Shown one piece after another: positions 19,098 through 28,449 of a stretch of DNA of 64,000 nucleotides. Source of the DNA: a bacterium. Its GTDB lineage: Bacteria; Patescibacteriota; Patescibacteriia; UBA2196. Positions within the stretch are counted from its first letter, which is position 1; each line of letters begins with the position of its first letter. The notes beneath the pieces were generated by a model, which was not told the DNA's origin, did no database searches, and worked only from the letters and a program-made list of their open reading frames with translations. Made by a program: the position numbers and the translations under genes. Where the stretch lies: contig DAOOOW010000001.1 of assembly GCA_035387885.1 (NCBI GenBank), forward strand, positions 43,392-107,391, read 5' to 3'.

Positions 19098-19133
19098 GCC
19101 TACAAGCCTAAATATTGTTAAAATGTAATTATT

Positions 19134-21224
19134 ATGTCTTGGCAATTAAATACTGAACTTAAAACTTTAAATAAAATGGGGGCAGATCTGGCTCCCAAAT
19201 TTAAAAAACTGGGTCTTTTAACCATTGAAGACCTGTTGTTTTATTTTCCTTTTCGTTATGATGATTATTCTAATTTAATTAAAATTGAAAAATTGGTGCC
19301 CAATATTTTAACCACACTTAGAGTTAAAGTCGAATTAATTAGCAGCAGACGTTCTTTTAAAAAACACATGTTAATTACCGAAGCTGTGGTGGCCGACGAA
19401 ACTGGCCAAATTAAAATTATTTGGTTTAATCAAAATTTTATTGCTAAAATTTTAAATATTGGCGATGAAATTTATTTGTCAGGCAAACCCATAATCACCG
19501 ATCATAGTGCGGAATTCCATAACCCTGTATTTGAAAAAATCGGCAAGTTTGAAAAAGCCACTATGCACACCAATCGTTTGGTGCCAGTCTATTCCAGCAC
19601 TGAAAAACTTTCTCAAAAACAAATTAGATTTTTATTAAAACAAATCTTACCAGTTAGCGCGCAAATTCAAGAATGGTTACCCCAAGAAATCATGCTCCAA
19701 GAAAAATTTTTGGCCTTGCAACAAGCTATTTATCAAATTCATTTTCCCAAAGACCAAGCAACTTTGGAATTAGCCAAAAACAGATTGAAATTTGATGAAA
19801 TATTTTTATTACAAATTCATTCTGGTTTAATTAAAAAAGAATTGGCTCAGTTGCAAAGCCCCAAAATTAATTTTTTTGCCACAGAAACTAAAGAATTTGT
19901 GGACCAGCTACCTTTTAAATTAACCGACTCGCAAAAAAAAGCTGCTTGGGAAATTATTAAAAATTTAAATCACGGCAAACCCATGAACCGTTTGCTCGAA
20001 GGTGATGTGGGTTCTGGCAAAACCATTGCCGTAGCCTTGGCGATTTTTAATGTGCTCTTAAATAAATTGCAGGTGGCCTGCATGGAACCTACGGAAATTT
20101 TAGCCCAGCAACAGTTTAATGTTTTTAAAAAAAATTTTCAAAAATATAATTTTAACATTGCCCTTTTAACCAGTTCTTTAACCTATTTTAACAATGAACA
20201 TCTAAGTAAAAAAGAACTACTTAAAAAAATAAAAGACCGCACGGTCGATTTAGTTATTGGCACGCATGCTTTAATTCAAGAAAAAGTTATTTTTAATAAT
20301 TTGGCTCTAGTGGTTATCGATGAACAACACCGCTTTGGGGTAAGTCAAAGAAAAATGCTTAAAGAAAAATCTCAGAGCAACAAAAATATTCAAACCATGC
20401 CCCATTTATTGTCGATGACCGCGACTCCCATTCCTCGCTCTTTAAGTCTGACCCTTTATGGCGATTTGGATTTATCTATTATTGATGAAATGCCCTTGGC
20501 CCGCATGGCTATTCAAACAGAAATTATTGGTCCAGAAAAAAGAGCTCAAGTTTATAATTTTATCAAAGAACAAATCCAAGCCGGCCATCAAATTTTTATT
20601 GTTTGTCCTTTGATTGATCCTTCGGATAAACTGGGTGTTAAAGCCGTGGTTGAAGAGTTTGAAAAATTGGATAAAAAAATATTCCCGGAAATTTCCGTGG
20701 GTTTATTACACGGACGGCTTAAGGTCGAAGAAAAAGAAAAAATAATGCAAGATTTTAAAGCCCAAAAAATTAAAATCCTCGTAGCTACCGCGGTGATTGA
20801 AGTGGGTATCGATATACCTAATGCCACAGTCATGATGATCGAATCAGCAGAAAGATTTGGGCTTTCGCAATTGCATCAACTTCGCGGTCGGGTTGGCAGA
20901 AGTGAATACCAATCATATTGTTTTTTAATGACTGAATCTGAAAGTCCAGAAACTATGCGTCGTATGCATGCTATGCTCACAGCCAAAAATGGTTTTGAAC
21001 TAGCAGAAAAAGATTTAGAGTTTAGAGGTCCTGGAGAAATTTATGGCATTAAACAATCGGGTTTTAATGATCTTTTAAAAATTGCTAAACTCACCGATTG
21101 GTTATTGATTAAAAAAGCCAAACCTTGGGTTGATAAAATTTTACACATAGATCCAACTTTAAACAAATTTCCACTCATTAAAGAGAAAATCAAGAATTTT
21201 GAAATGAATTTACATTTTGAATAA
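19134..21224 (+). CDS. recG: ATP-dependent DNA helicase RecG
   Basis: Wedge domain plus SF2 helicase motifs (GDVGSGKT, DEQHRFGV, TATPIPRS, QLRGRVGR). Confidence 0.9.
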   Translation: MSWQLNTELKTLNKMGADLAPKFKKLGLLTIEDLLFYFPFRYDDYSNLIKIEKLVPNILTTLRVKVELISSRRSFKKHMLITEAVVADETGQIKIIWFNQNFIAKILNIGDEIYLSGKPIITDHSAEFHNPVFEKIGKFEKATMHTNRLVPVYSSTEKLSQKQIRFLLKQILPVSAQIQEWLPQEIMLQEKFLALQQAIYQIHFPKDQATLELAKNRLKFDEIFLLQIHSGLIKKELAQLQSPKINFFATETKEFVDQLPFKLTDSQKKAAWEIIKNLNHGKPMNRLLEGDVGSGKTIAVALAIFNVLLNKLQVACMEPTEILAQQQFNVFKKNFQKYNFNIALLTSSLTYFNNEHLSKKELLKKIKDRTVDLVIGTHALIQEKVIFNNLALVVIDEQHRFGVSQRKMLKEKSQSNKNIQTMPHLLSMTATPIPRSLSLTLYGDLDLSIIDEMPLARMAIQTEIIGPEKRAQVYNFIKEQIQAGHQIFIVCPLIDPSDKLGVKAVVEEFEKLDKKIFPEISVGLLHGRLKVEEKEKIMQDFKAQKIKILVATAVIEVGIDIPNATVMMIESAERFGLSQLHQLRGRVGRSEYQSYCFLMTESESPETMRRMHAMLTAKNGFELAEKDLEFRGPGEIYGIKQSGFNDLLKIAKLTDWLLIKKAKPWVDKILHIDPTLNKFPLIKEKIKNFEMNLHFE

Positions 21225-21317
21225 AGAAATAAACTTAGTAGCTTGCCTACTTTTTTAAAAAATGATACTCTAATACTACTGTTAACAATTAACCAGAGCT
21301 TTGCTCTTACAAATATT

Positions 21318-21575
21318 ATGCCTGAAACAAAAATTACTATTTATTCCACCCCCTATTGTGGATATTGCAAAATGGTCAAACAATATTTAGATGAACACAA
21401 AATTGGCTACACTGATATTGATGTCATGGTCGATGAAAAAGCAGCCCAATATATGGTTGAAAAAACCAAGCAACAAGGCGTACCGGTCACCATTATTGAA
21501 AAAGACGGCCAAGAAAATATTATCATTGGTTTTAATAAAGCAGAATTAGCTAAAATTTTAAATATTAATAATTAA
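21318..21575 (+). CDS. Glutaredoxin/NrdH-like redoxin
   Basis: CGYC active site in a thioredoxin fold (ITIYSTPYCGYCKMVKQYL). Confidence 0.7.
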   Translation: MPETKITIYSTPYCGYCKMVKQYLDEHKIGYTDIDVMVDEKAAQYMVEKTKQQGVPVTIIEKDGQENIIIGFNKAELAKILNINN

Positions 21576-21614
21576 CAACCAGTTGTTTTTTAACAATGGT
21601 CAAATATATTTTAT

Positions 21615-22343
21615 ATGTCAGAAACAAAAAATGAATCCAAAAAATTTATCACTGATTCCCCTAAAACAAATTTTTTTATTGGTCTTGTTTTGGGTGTTGC
21701 TATCATCTCCACAATCGGTTTTGTAGGACTTGGTATAACCAAAAAAGATTCTACTAAAAACACTGCCACTAATTCTGAGAACTCTGGGCAACAAGTAGCT
21801 GGTGAACAGGCTGAAGCGAAAGAACCTGTTGTTGATTTAAAAATTACTGACAGCGACCATGTCTGGGGTGATAAAAATGCTCCAGTAAAAATATTCGAAT
21901 TTTCAGATTTTCAATGCCCTTACTGTGCCAAACATCATGAAACACTAAAAAAAATAGTTGAAGATTATGATGGTCAGGTGGCTTGGGTTTTTAAACAATT
22001 TCCTATTCAATCACATCCTTTGGGTATGCCAGGAGCTTTGGCTTCTGAATGTGCCAATGAGCAAGGAAAATTTTGGGAAATGTCTGATATGATTTTTTCT
22101 AATCAAAGCACTTTAACTGCCGAAAGTTTTGCCAGTTTTGCTAAAGACTTAGGTTTAGACACAGAAAAATTTAATACTTGTGTTAAAGACGCCAAATACA
22201 CCGAAAGAATTACTGCTGATTATAATTTAGGTATTGATTCTGGAGTGCAAGGCACACCATCTAACTTCATCAACAACAAATTAGTTCCTGGCGCTTTGCC
22301 ATACGAAAATATAAAAAGCGTGATTGATGACTTGTTAAAATAA
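21615..22343 (+). CDS. DsbA-family thiol:disulfide oxidoreductase with an N-terminal TM anchor
   Basis: CPYC active site. DsbA-like length and motifs. Confidence 0.75.
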   Translation: MSETKNESKKFITDSPKTNFFIGLVLGVAIISTIGFVGLGITKKDSTKNTATNSENSGQQVAGEQAEAKEPVVDLKITDSDHVWGDKNAPVKIFEFSDFQCPYCAKHHETLKKIVEDYDGQVAWVFKQFPIQSHPLGMPGALASECANEQGKFWEMSDMIFSNQSTLTAESFASFAKDLGLDTEKFNTCVKDAKYTERITADYNLGIDSGVQGTPSNFINNKLVPGALPYENIKSVIDDLLK

Positions 22344-22429
22344 TCACTTGCTAATTAGAGCGAATTAATTGCTAATTTTACGAATATTTTAAAAGACCGT
22401 TATAAACGGTCTTTTAAAATTTTAAATTA

Positions 22430-23275
22430 TTATTTTACTTTAGACAGTTTAATTAAATTTTTAAAAAGATAAGCTACAGTTAATGGTCCAACCCCACCAG
22501 GCACAGGAGAAATATATTTTGTTTTAATTAAGCAACTTGGGTCAACGTCCCCAAATATTTTTTTGCCAACTCGATTTATACCTACATCAATTATGATAGC
22601 ATCTTTTTTTAGCATAGCTGGCTTTAAAAAATTTTTCTTACCAAGAGCGATAATAACAATACGGTAATTGGTAATTGGTAATTGGTAATTGGTAAATTGA
22701 CTTTTTGATTTTATAAAAACTTTAATTTTTTCTTTGGCTAATTCTTTTTTTAGAGATTCAGCAAATTCTTGACTATGACACAAGATGACGGCTTTTTTAT
22801 TAATTAATTTTTGTTTAGATAATTTAATCAAATGTAAAATACTCTGGATGGTTGGAGAAATTATCTCTGGTGACCTCTCCCCAACCCTCTCCTTATAAAG
22901 GAGAGGGGGATGCAGCCCGTCTACATCCTTTTTTTTGTCAATCAAAGAAATAATCTTATTAGTCTTAAATTTTTTAGGTAATGGTAGTTGCACCATTAGG
23001 CCAGTTATTTTTTTATCATTATTTAATTTTTTAATTAAGTTAACTATTTTTTGCTCGCTAACAGTTTCTGATAAATGATATTTAAAAAAATTAACACCAA
23101 TTTCTTTGGCGCGTTTTTCTTTGATAGCCACATAAATTTTTGAGGCCGGATCATGCCCAACTAAAATCACCGCCAAAGTTGGTTTAAATTTTAATTTCGC
23201 GATTTGTTTTTTCAAATCTAAAAATATTTTTTCTGCTTCTTTGGAACCATCAAGCAAAATTTGACTGTTGAGCAT
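22430..23275 (-). CDS. folD: Bifunctional methylenetetrahydrofolate dehydrogenase/cyclohydrolase FolD
   Basis: KDVDG.HP and GGVGP.T motifs. Carries an in-frame palindromic repeat (22885-22908) encoding PPLLYKERVGE. Confidence 0.85.
   Translation of the reverse strand: MLNSQILLDGSKEAEKIFLDLKKQIAKLKFKPTLAVILVGHDPASKIYVAIKEKRAKEIGVNFFKYHLSETVSEQKIVNLIKKLNNDKKITGLMVQLPLPKKFKTNKIISLIDKKKDVDGLHPPLLYKERVGERSPEIISPTIQSILHLIKLSKQKLINKKAVILCHSQEFAESLKKELAKEKIKVFIKSKSQFTNYQLPITNYRIVIIALGKKNFLKPAMLKKDAIIIDVGINRVGKKIFGDVDPSCLIKTKYISPVPGGVGPLTVAYLFKNLIKLSKVK
22885..22908. repeat. Palindromic element CCCTCTCC-TTATAAA-GGAGAGGG embedded in-frame in folD
   Basis: Identical 24-mer at the intergenic site 24575-24598. 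Half copy at 60826-60840. Related G/C variant at 24150-24174. Confidence 0.7.
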
Positions 23276-23836
23276 ATTTTTAGTAAGGTTAGGTTATTAA
23301 ATTAACCTTATTACTCGGAGGAAAAATGAACTTTTTTATCTTTTCAATACTCACCACAAGTGCTTTATTAATCATGGGTATATGGGTTGGTGTTTCTATT
23401 TTTCGTGGCACCACCAATGGAACATGGCGTTATTTGACAAAAAGCGTGTTTCACAGAATATTCACACGAAAGGAGTAAACTAATGTAATCATTAACAGGG
23501 GATTTTCTACCGGTTATCCACCATTGGAAAATTTCAGGAACTGCTTTTTTAATCAAATTATTAAAAGAAGCATATGACGCAGACCCTCTAATTATTCCAA
23601 TACATGTTTGTATGACTCGCAATCTATTTTTTGAAAAAAGAATCGCTACCCATGACTTCCGTCTTGGAAAATACTTGTTACGTCTGCCCATGTGGACAGG
23701 CAAAGAAGCACGGGAGGAGCTTGAGTGTAATCAAATGCTTCATTTTAAAATTACTGAAATTTCTCATCAAGAATAATAACAAAAAACGCAAAATACAATA
23801 TTTTCAACTACTCAGCAGCACTCCCAAGGAGGCACT

Positions 23837-24040
23837 ATGACATTCCAAGAGGTAGCCATAAGACGTTACTTCATCTGCAAAAAAAATGGTGTTTTATATT
23901 TCAAGACGTCAGAAACAAATGCGCGATATTGGATTATGCATAAAGCAACGTGGGGCGAGGTTACAAATGAGGATCTTCCAAAGCTGGGGGATGTTTTCAT
24001 ACCCAGTGCTGAGGAACTCACAGAAAGACTGGACATCTGA
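23837..24040 (+). CDS. Small hypothetical protein (67 aa)
   Basis: GGAGG RBS 7 nt before ATG. Followed by a strong terminator. Locally elevated GC. Confidence 0.45.
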   Translation: MTFQEVAIRRYFICKKNGVLYFKTSETNARYWIMHKATWGEVTNEDLPKLGDVFIPSAEELTERLDI

Positions 24041-24058
24041 AAATAATTGTCTCTCCAT

Positions 24059-24090
24059 CTGCCAGTTGCAAAACTGGCAGTTTTTATTTT
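24059..24090 (+). terminator. Rho-independent terminator
   Basis: CTGCCAGTTGCAAAACTGGCAG followed by TTTTTATTTTTT. Confidence 0.65.
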
Positions 24091-24178
24091 TTAAATTTTA
24101 AATTTATTTAGTCTTGCAATTGTGAGTAGTTTAAAAAATGTCTCACCTGGCCCCCTCCCCTTAATAGGGGGGGTAGTA

Positions 24179-24565
24179 TTATTTTTTATTATTTTTTATC
24201 TCTTCACCAGTAATCCATATTTTTTCCACAACCGAATCAATATTGTCAAAAATTTCTTTACTATTAAATCTTTCAACAATTATACCTATTGATTCTAAAT
24301 ATTTTTGTCTTCTATTATCATACTCCGCTTGATCATCATACTCATGGGTACGCCCATCAATTTCAATACATAATTTAAGAGTTGGTGCGTAAAAATCTAC
24401 TATGTAAGATCCAATACTGTATTGTCTTTTGAATTTATATCCCAATTGATTGGCTTTAAGTTTTGACCATAATAATCTTTCACCTTTAGGCATGGATTGT
24501 CTTAACAATCTTCTAACGCTTTTCTTCTCTTCTGTGTTATAGAGTGTGGTGAGCATAGAATACAC
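24179..24565 (-). CDS. DUF559 (Vsr/restriction-endonuclease-like fold) domain protein
   Basis: LLWSKLKANQLGYKFKRQYSIGSYIVDFY..KLCIEIDG.TH matches the DUF559 signature. Confidence 0.7.
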   Translation of the reverse strand: MYSMLTTLYNTEEKKSVRRLLRQSMPKGERLLWSKLKANQLGYKFKRQYSIGSYIVDFYAPTLKLCIEIDGRTHEYDDQAEYDNRRQKYLESIGIIVERFNSKEIFDNIDSVVEKIWITGEEIKNNKK

Positions 24566-24604
24566 CTCTCCCTACCCTCTCCTTATAAAGGAGAGGGGAA
24601 ATAA

Positions 24605-25837
24605 TTAAACTTTAAATCTCTTGGTTAATTGTCCAACTTCCCTTAAAATTTGTTCTGGATTTCTTTTTTCAATTAAATCCTCATAAATCCATTTGGCAAT
24701 CATTTTCATTTCTTTTTCTCGCATCCCGCGAGTGGTACAAGCTGGTGTGCCGAGACGAATGCCGGATGGTTTAAAAGGCGAACCTGTTTCATATGGAACA
24801 GCATTTTTATTGCAAACTATGCCTGCTTTGTCTAACAAAACAGCAGCGTCGTGGCCATTAATATTTTTATCACGTAAATCAATTAATAATAAATGTTTGT
24901 CTGTGCCACCAGAAATAATTCTAAAACCATATTTTTTTAGCTCACTGGCCAAAACTTTGGCATTTTTAAGCACTTGTCTGGCGTATTTTTTGAATTTCAA
25001 ACTTTCAACTTCTTGCAAGCATACACCAATAGCCGCAACTACACTATTAAATGGTCCACCTTGTAAACTAGGAAAAATTCCTCGATCAATTTTATCTTTT
25101 AATTCTTGTCTACAAATAATTATGGCGCCTCTTGGCCCTCTTAAAGTTTTTTGTGTGGACATGGTTACCACGTCAGCGTCTGGAAAAGGTGAGCCCAAAG
25201 CTTTACCAGCCACTAAGCCGGCTTCGTGGGCAATGTCAGCTAAATAATAAGCTCCAACTTTTTTAGCGATTTCTGACATTTTCTTGTAATTAATTTCTCG
25301 CGCATAAGCCGTGCCACCAGAAATAATTAAATTAGGTTTTTCTTTTTTAGCCAGTTTTAAAATTTTATTATAATCAAAAACTTCAGTGTTTTTTTCCACA
25401 CCATAATAAGCAACATTAAAAATTTTTGAAGATAAAGAAATGGGTTTGCCAGACGGTAGTTTCCAACCATGCGATAGATGCCCGCCGTCGGTTAAATTCA
25501 TGGCTAATATTTTTTGTCCGGGCTCTAACAAACCGCTGATTACAGCTAAGTTGGCAATCGAAGCCGAAACTGCTTTGCAATTTACATGCCAATTTTTTTC
25601 TTTTAAACCAAAAACTTTTAAAGCTCTTTTATTGGTTAGATTTTCAATTTCATCAATAATTTCATTGCCCTGATAATATCTTTTACCAGGTTCGCCTTCA
25701 GAATATTTATTAGCTAAAACAGAACTCAAAACTCCCCGAACATTTGGGGAGGCATAATTTTCCGAAGCAATCAAAGTAATTTTTTCTTGTTGTCTCTTTG
25801 CTTCTTTTTTAATTAAATTATTAATTTCTTGATCCAT
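24605..25837 (-). CDS. glyA: Serine hydroxymethyltransferase
   Basis: SHMT family: PLP site TTHKTLRGPRGA-like (STQKTLRGPRGA), length 410 aa. Confidence 0.9.
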   Translation of the reverse strand: MDQEINNLIKKEAKRQQEKITLIASENYASPNVRGVLSSVLANKYSEGEPGKRYYQGNEIIDEIENLTNKRALKVFGLKEKNWHVNCKAVSASIANLAVISGLLEPGQKILAMNLTDGGHLSHGWKLPSGKPISLSSKIFNVAYYGVEKNTEVFDYNKILKLAKKEKPNLIISGGTAYAREINYKKMSEIAKKVGAYYLADIAHEAGLVAGKALGSPFPDADVVTMSTQKTLRGPRGAIIICRQELKDKIDRGIFPSLQGGPFNSVVAAIGVCLQEVESLKFKKYARQVLKNAKVLASELKKYGFRIISGGTDKHLLLIDLRDKNINGHDAAVLLDKAGIVCNKNAVPYETGSPFKPSGIRLGTPACTTRGMREKEMKMIAKWIYEDLIEKRNPEQILREVGQLTKRFKV

Positions 25838-25861
25838 TTTTTAAATTATAAATATTTAAAT

Positions 25862-25990
25862 TTTATTTCCCATACCCTTAGTAGGAGTTGAAGCTTCAAT
25901 TGAAAAGTAAACTGCTTTACTTTTAATTAGCCAAAACTGGCGAAGCGTTATCCCGAACACTCGGGATCGCTGAGCCCTCGGACCTACAAA
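25862..25990. repeat. Copy of the tRNA-associated repeat family (CCCTNGTAGGAGTTG end motif, CTGC-loop hairpin)
   Basis: Sequence similarity to the 26100-26340 and 18392-18552 elements. Hairpin AAAAGTAAA-CTGC-TTTACTTTT. Confidence 0.4.
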
Positions 25991-26004
25991 AATTTTATTA
26001 ATCT

Positions 26005-26076
26005 TACCCCCGGTAGGAATCGGACCTACATAACCAGCTTAGAAGGCTGGTGTTCTATCCATTGAACTACAGGGGC
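26005..26076 (-). tRNA. tRNA-Arg (anticodon TCT)
   Basis: Hand-folded: acceptor GCCCCTG, anticodon arm CCAGC-CTTCTAA-GCTGG. Shares the TCCGATT T-loop with the 18320 tRNA. Confidence 0.6.
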
Positions 26077-26099
26077 ATAAGTAATAAAATTTATAAAAA

Positions 26100-26340
26100 T
26101 TATTTTTAACATTACCCTCGGTAGGAGTTGCGGCGTTAAACCCCGCAAAATGCGGGGTAGTCACAAAGGGTTGAGCTTTATGCCGACAGGCATAGCGAAA
26201 CCTTCGAACCTTTATAAATAGCTTAGAAGGCTACTGCACTTGGGTTTGTTGATTCCTTCGGCATAACAACAAACCCGTTCTCGCACCAAAGCACTTAAAG
26301 CAGTTTAAGTGCTTTGGTCAGCTCGAACTCCATTGTGCTA
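26100..26340. repeat. MITE-like repeat element with imperfect terminal inverted repeats and an internal GCAG-loop hairpin
   Basis: Left end CCCTCGGTAGGAGTTGCGGCGTT is the reverse complement of the AACGCCACAACTCCTACCGAGGG tRNA-3'-like motif. Contains a TCT anticodon-arm-like segment and a CCCCGCAAAATGCGGGG hairpin. Confidence 0.45.
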
Positions 26341-26526
26341 CAGGTCAGCAAGAAATAAAATTTATAAAAACCAGTTTTATTCTATCCTATTTCTCCTAAT
26401 CTTGCAAGATTTTAAAACTTATGTTAATATAAAAATATTATTTTATAATTATTATTAATGACGTTTTTCTTGGCTTAAGGTCAAGTCTAACACACCTAAA
26501 GCTCGGATAAACGCCAAATTAAAACT

Positions 26527-26868
26527 ATGTTAGACAAAAAAATAAAAGAAGCCCTTATCAAAAAATTTCGTATCCACGAAACAGATTCTGGTTCGACTGA
26601 AGTTCAAATTGCTATTTTAAGTGAAGAAATTAAAGAATTGGCTGATCATTTAAAATCTCATAAAAAAGATTTTTCTTCCAGAAGAGGTTTGCTTAGAAAA
26701 ATTGGCCAACGCAGAAAATTATTAAAATTTTTAGAAAAAGATAATCCTCAGAGTTTTGAAACTCTGGCTAAAAAGTTAAAATTAAAAAAGATTGAAGAAC
26801 CCGAAGAAGAAAAAATTGGCCTTGAAGATGACCTTATTAAAATCGATGAGGAAGAATCTTTGGCTTAA
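26527..26868 (+). CDS. rpsO: 30S ribosomal protein S15 (with C-terminal extension)
   Basis: HETDSGSTEVQIAILSEEI..HLK.HKKD..SRRGLL..IGQRRKLL matches S15. Confidence 0.85.
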   Translation: MLDKKIKEALIKKFRIHETDSGSTEVQIAILSEEIKELADHLKSHKKDFSSRRGLLRKIGQRRKLLKFLEKDNPQSFETLAKKLKLKKIEEPEEEKIGLEDDLIKIDEEESLA

Positions 26869-26880
26869 AAACAAAAAAAT

Positions 26881-27570
26881 ATGCAAGAAACAAATTTATT
26901 TGAAGAAATTTTAAAAATTAAATTCAATAATCAAGATCTTTTAAAACAAGCCCTCATCCATCGTTCCTATCTTAATGAGCATGCAGATTTTGCTTTAGGA
27001 CACAACGAAAGATTAGAATTTCTTGGTGATGCTGTTTTGGAATTAATTGTGACTGAAAATCTTTACCAAAATTACCCTAATCCCGAAGGCGAAATGACCA
27101 ACTGGCGGGCTTCTTTAGTTAATGCCAAAATGCTAGCTGAAATTGCCCATTCTTTAAATGTGGAAAAATTTCTTTTCCTGTCCAAGGGTGAGGCTAAAGA
27201 TAAAAATCCTAAAGCTAGAAACTATATTTTAGCCAATGCCATGGAAGCAGTAATTGGAGCTATCTATTTAGATCAAGGTTTTGAAGTTGTTAAAAAATTT
27301 ATTTTAGAAAATATTGTCATAAAATTACCAGCCATTTTGGCCAACAAATCTTATGTGGATGCTAAATCTAGATTTCAAGAAATGGCTCAGGAAGAAACCG
27401 GAGTCACCCCTTCTTATATTGTTTTAGAAGAATCTGGACCTGATCATAATAAAAAATTTATAATTGGAGTTTATTTGGAAGATGAATTGATTGCCAAAGG
27501 TGAAGGCACTTCCAAACAAGAAGCTCAAATGGCAGCGGCCGAAGAGGGTTTAAAAGTTAAAAATTGGTAA
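26881..27570 (+). CDS. rnc: Ribonuclease III
   Basis: ERLEFLGDAVLELIV catalytic signature plus C-terminal dsRBD. Confidence 0.9.
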   Translation: MQETNLFEEILKIKFNNQDLLKQALIHRSYLNEHADFALGHNERLEFLGDAVLELIVTENLYQNYPNPEGEMTNWRASLVNAKMLAEIAHSLNVEKFLFLSKGEAKDKNPKARNYILANAMEAVIGAIYLDQGFEVVKKFILENIVIKLPAILANKSYVDAKSRFQEMAQEETGVTPSYIVLEESGPDHNKKFIIGVYLEDELIAKGEGTSKQEAQMAAAEEGLKVKNW

Positions 27571-27838
27571 AACGAATTCACATATAATTAAATCTATTTT
27601 ACAACCTAAAAATGGAGGTTAAATGATTTTATTAAAAAAAATAAAAATATCAGCCATCATAAAATTAATTTTTCATTTCTTGAAATTAATTTTTGATTTT
27701 TTGTGGGTTCATATTTTTTTTGTTTGTTATGTTTTTTACAAAACACCAATTATTGTGTTTAAATATCACTATAAACAAAGGAGCATAATTAATGGCTGAG
27801 CCAAATACTGAAGAAATTGTTCTAAATAAAAAAAAATT

Positions 27839-28042
27839 TTGAATATGCTCCATCGGGTCATTGTTGAGCATGGCGATAAAAGCAGAGAAAAACCTGTTTT
27901 GTTTCGCTTAAATAATGGGGTGTGGCAATTTGTCTGCACCATGGCGCATTTGGGGCATATTGGAAATCTTGAGTATGTCAAAATTTGCAACAAAAAAATA
28001 GAACTTCTTGAAAGAGAAATCAGAAAAAAAATGAAAAAATAA
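27839..28042 (+). CDS. Small hypothetical protein
   Basis: ORF following a tiny RBS-preceded upstream ORF. Probable start is ATG 27845. Confidence 0.3.
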   Translation: MNMLHRVIVEHGDKSREKPVLFRLNNGVWQFVCTMAHLGHIGNLEYVKICNKKIELLEREIRKKMKK

Positions 28043-28055
28043 TAAGGAGGGCTAT

Positions 28056-28253
28056 ATGGAATTCGAAAAAAAAACACTGAAAAAAATTAGAGACATGAAA
28101 AAAGAATGGTCGAAACAAGGAATACCAGTAATTGATGTTGGAGAACCACAACAAGATTGCACCTGTAATCATCCGCGCGCTAATCGCACTTTTGGCAAAA
28201 GATCTGCTGAATCTCCTATGCTTTTTTTACACCACGAGGAGACAGCTTGCTAG
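28056..28253 (+). CDS. Small hypothetical protein (65 aa)
   Basis: AGGAGG RBS 6 nt upstream. Terminator at about 28280-28315. Confidence 0.45.
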   Translation: MEFEKKTLKKIRDMKKEWSKQGIPVIDVGEPQQDCTCNHPRANRTFGKRSAESPMLFLHHEETAC

Positions 28254-28376
28254 AAGCAAAGAGTACTCTTCAACTTATACCTTGGCCCTTTTGGGTCCAA
28301 GGTTTTTTATTTTCCCAACTTATTTATTACTATTACCCCTTATTAATCTTTACTTATTACTTATTACTTATTCATC

Positions 28377-28405
28377 TTGACCTCAGCTCAAATTAGCTGT
28401 ATAAT
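28377..28405 (+). promoter_or_regulatory. Sigma70-type promoter for uvrA (TTGACC-17-TATAAT)
   Basis: Hexamers read directly from the sequence with 17-nt spacing. Preceded by three TTACTTA tandem repeats. Confidence 0.55.
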
Positions 28406-28449
28406 TGTGTTAAATATAGACACTTCGTAATTATCTCTTTTACAAAAAT

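Noticed and set aside
23368-23703. 111-aa minus-strand ORF between folD and the small plus-strand genes
   Set aside because: It has no RBS and no recognisable domain. It overlaps plus-strand ORFs that do have RBSs and a terminator. It is more likely non-coding or a remnant.
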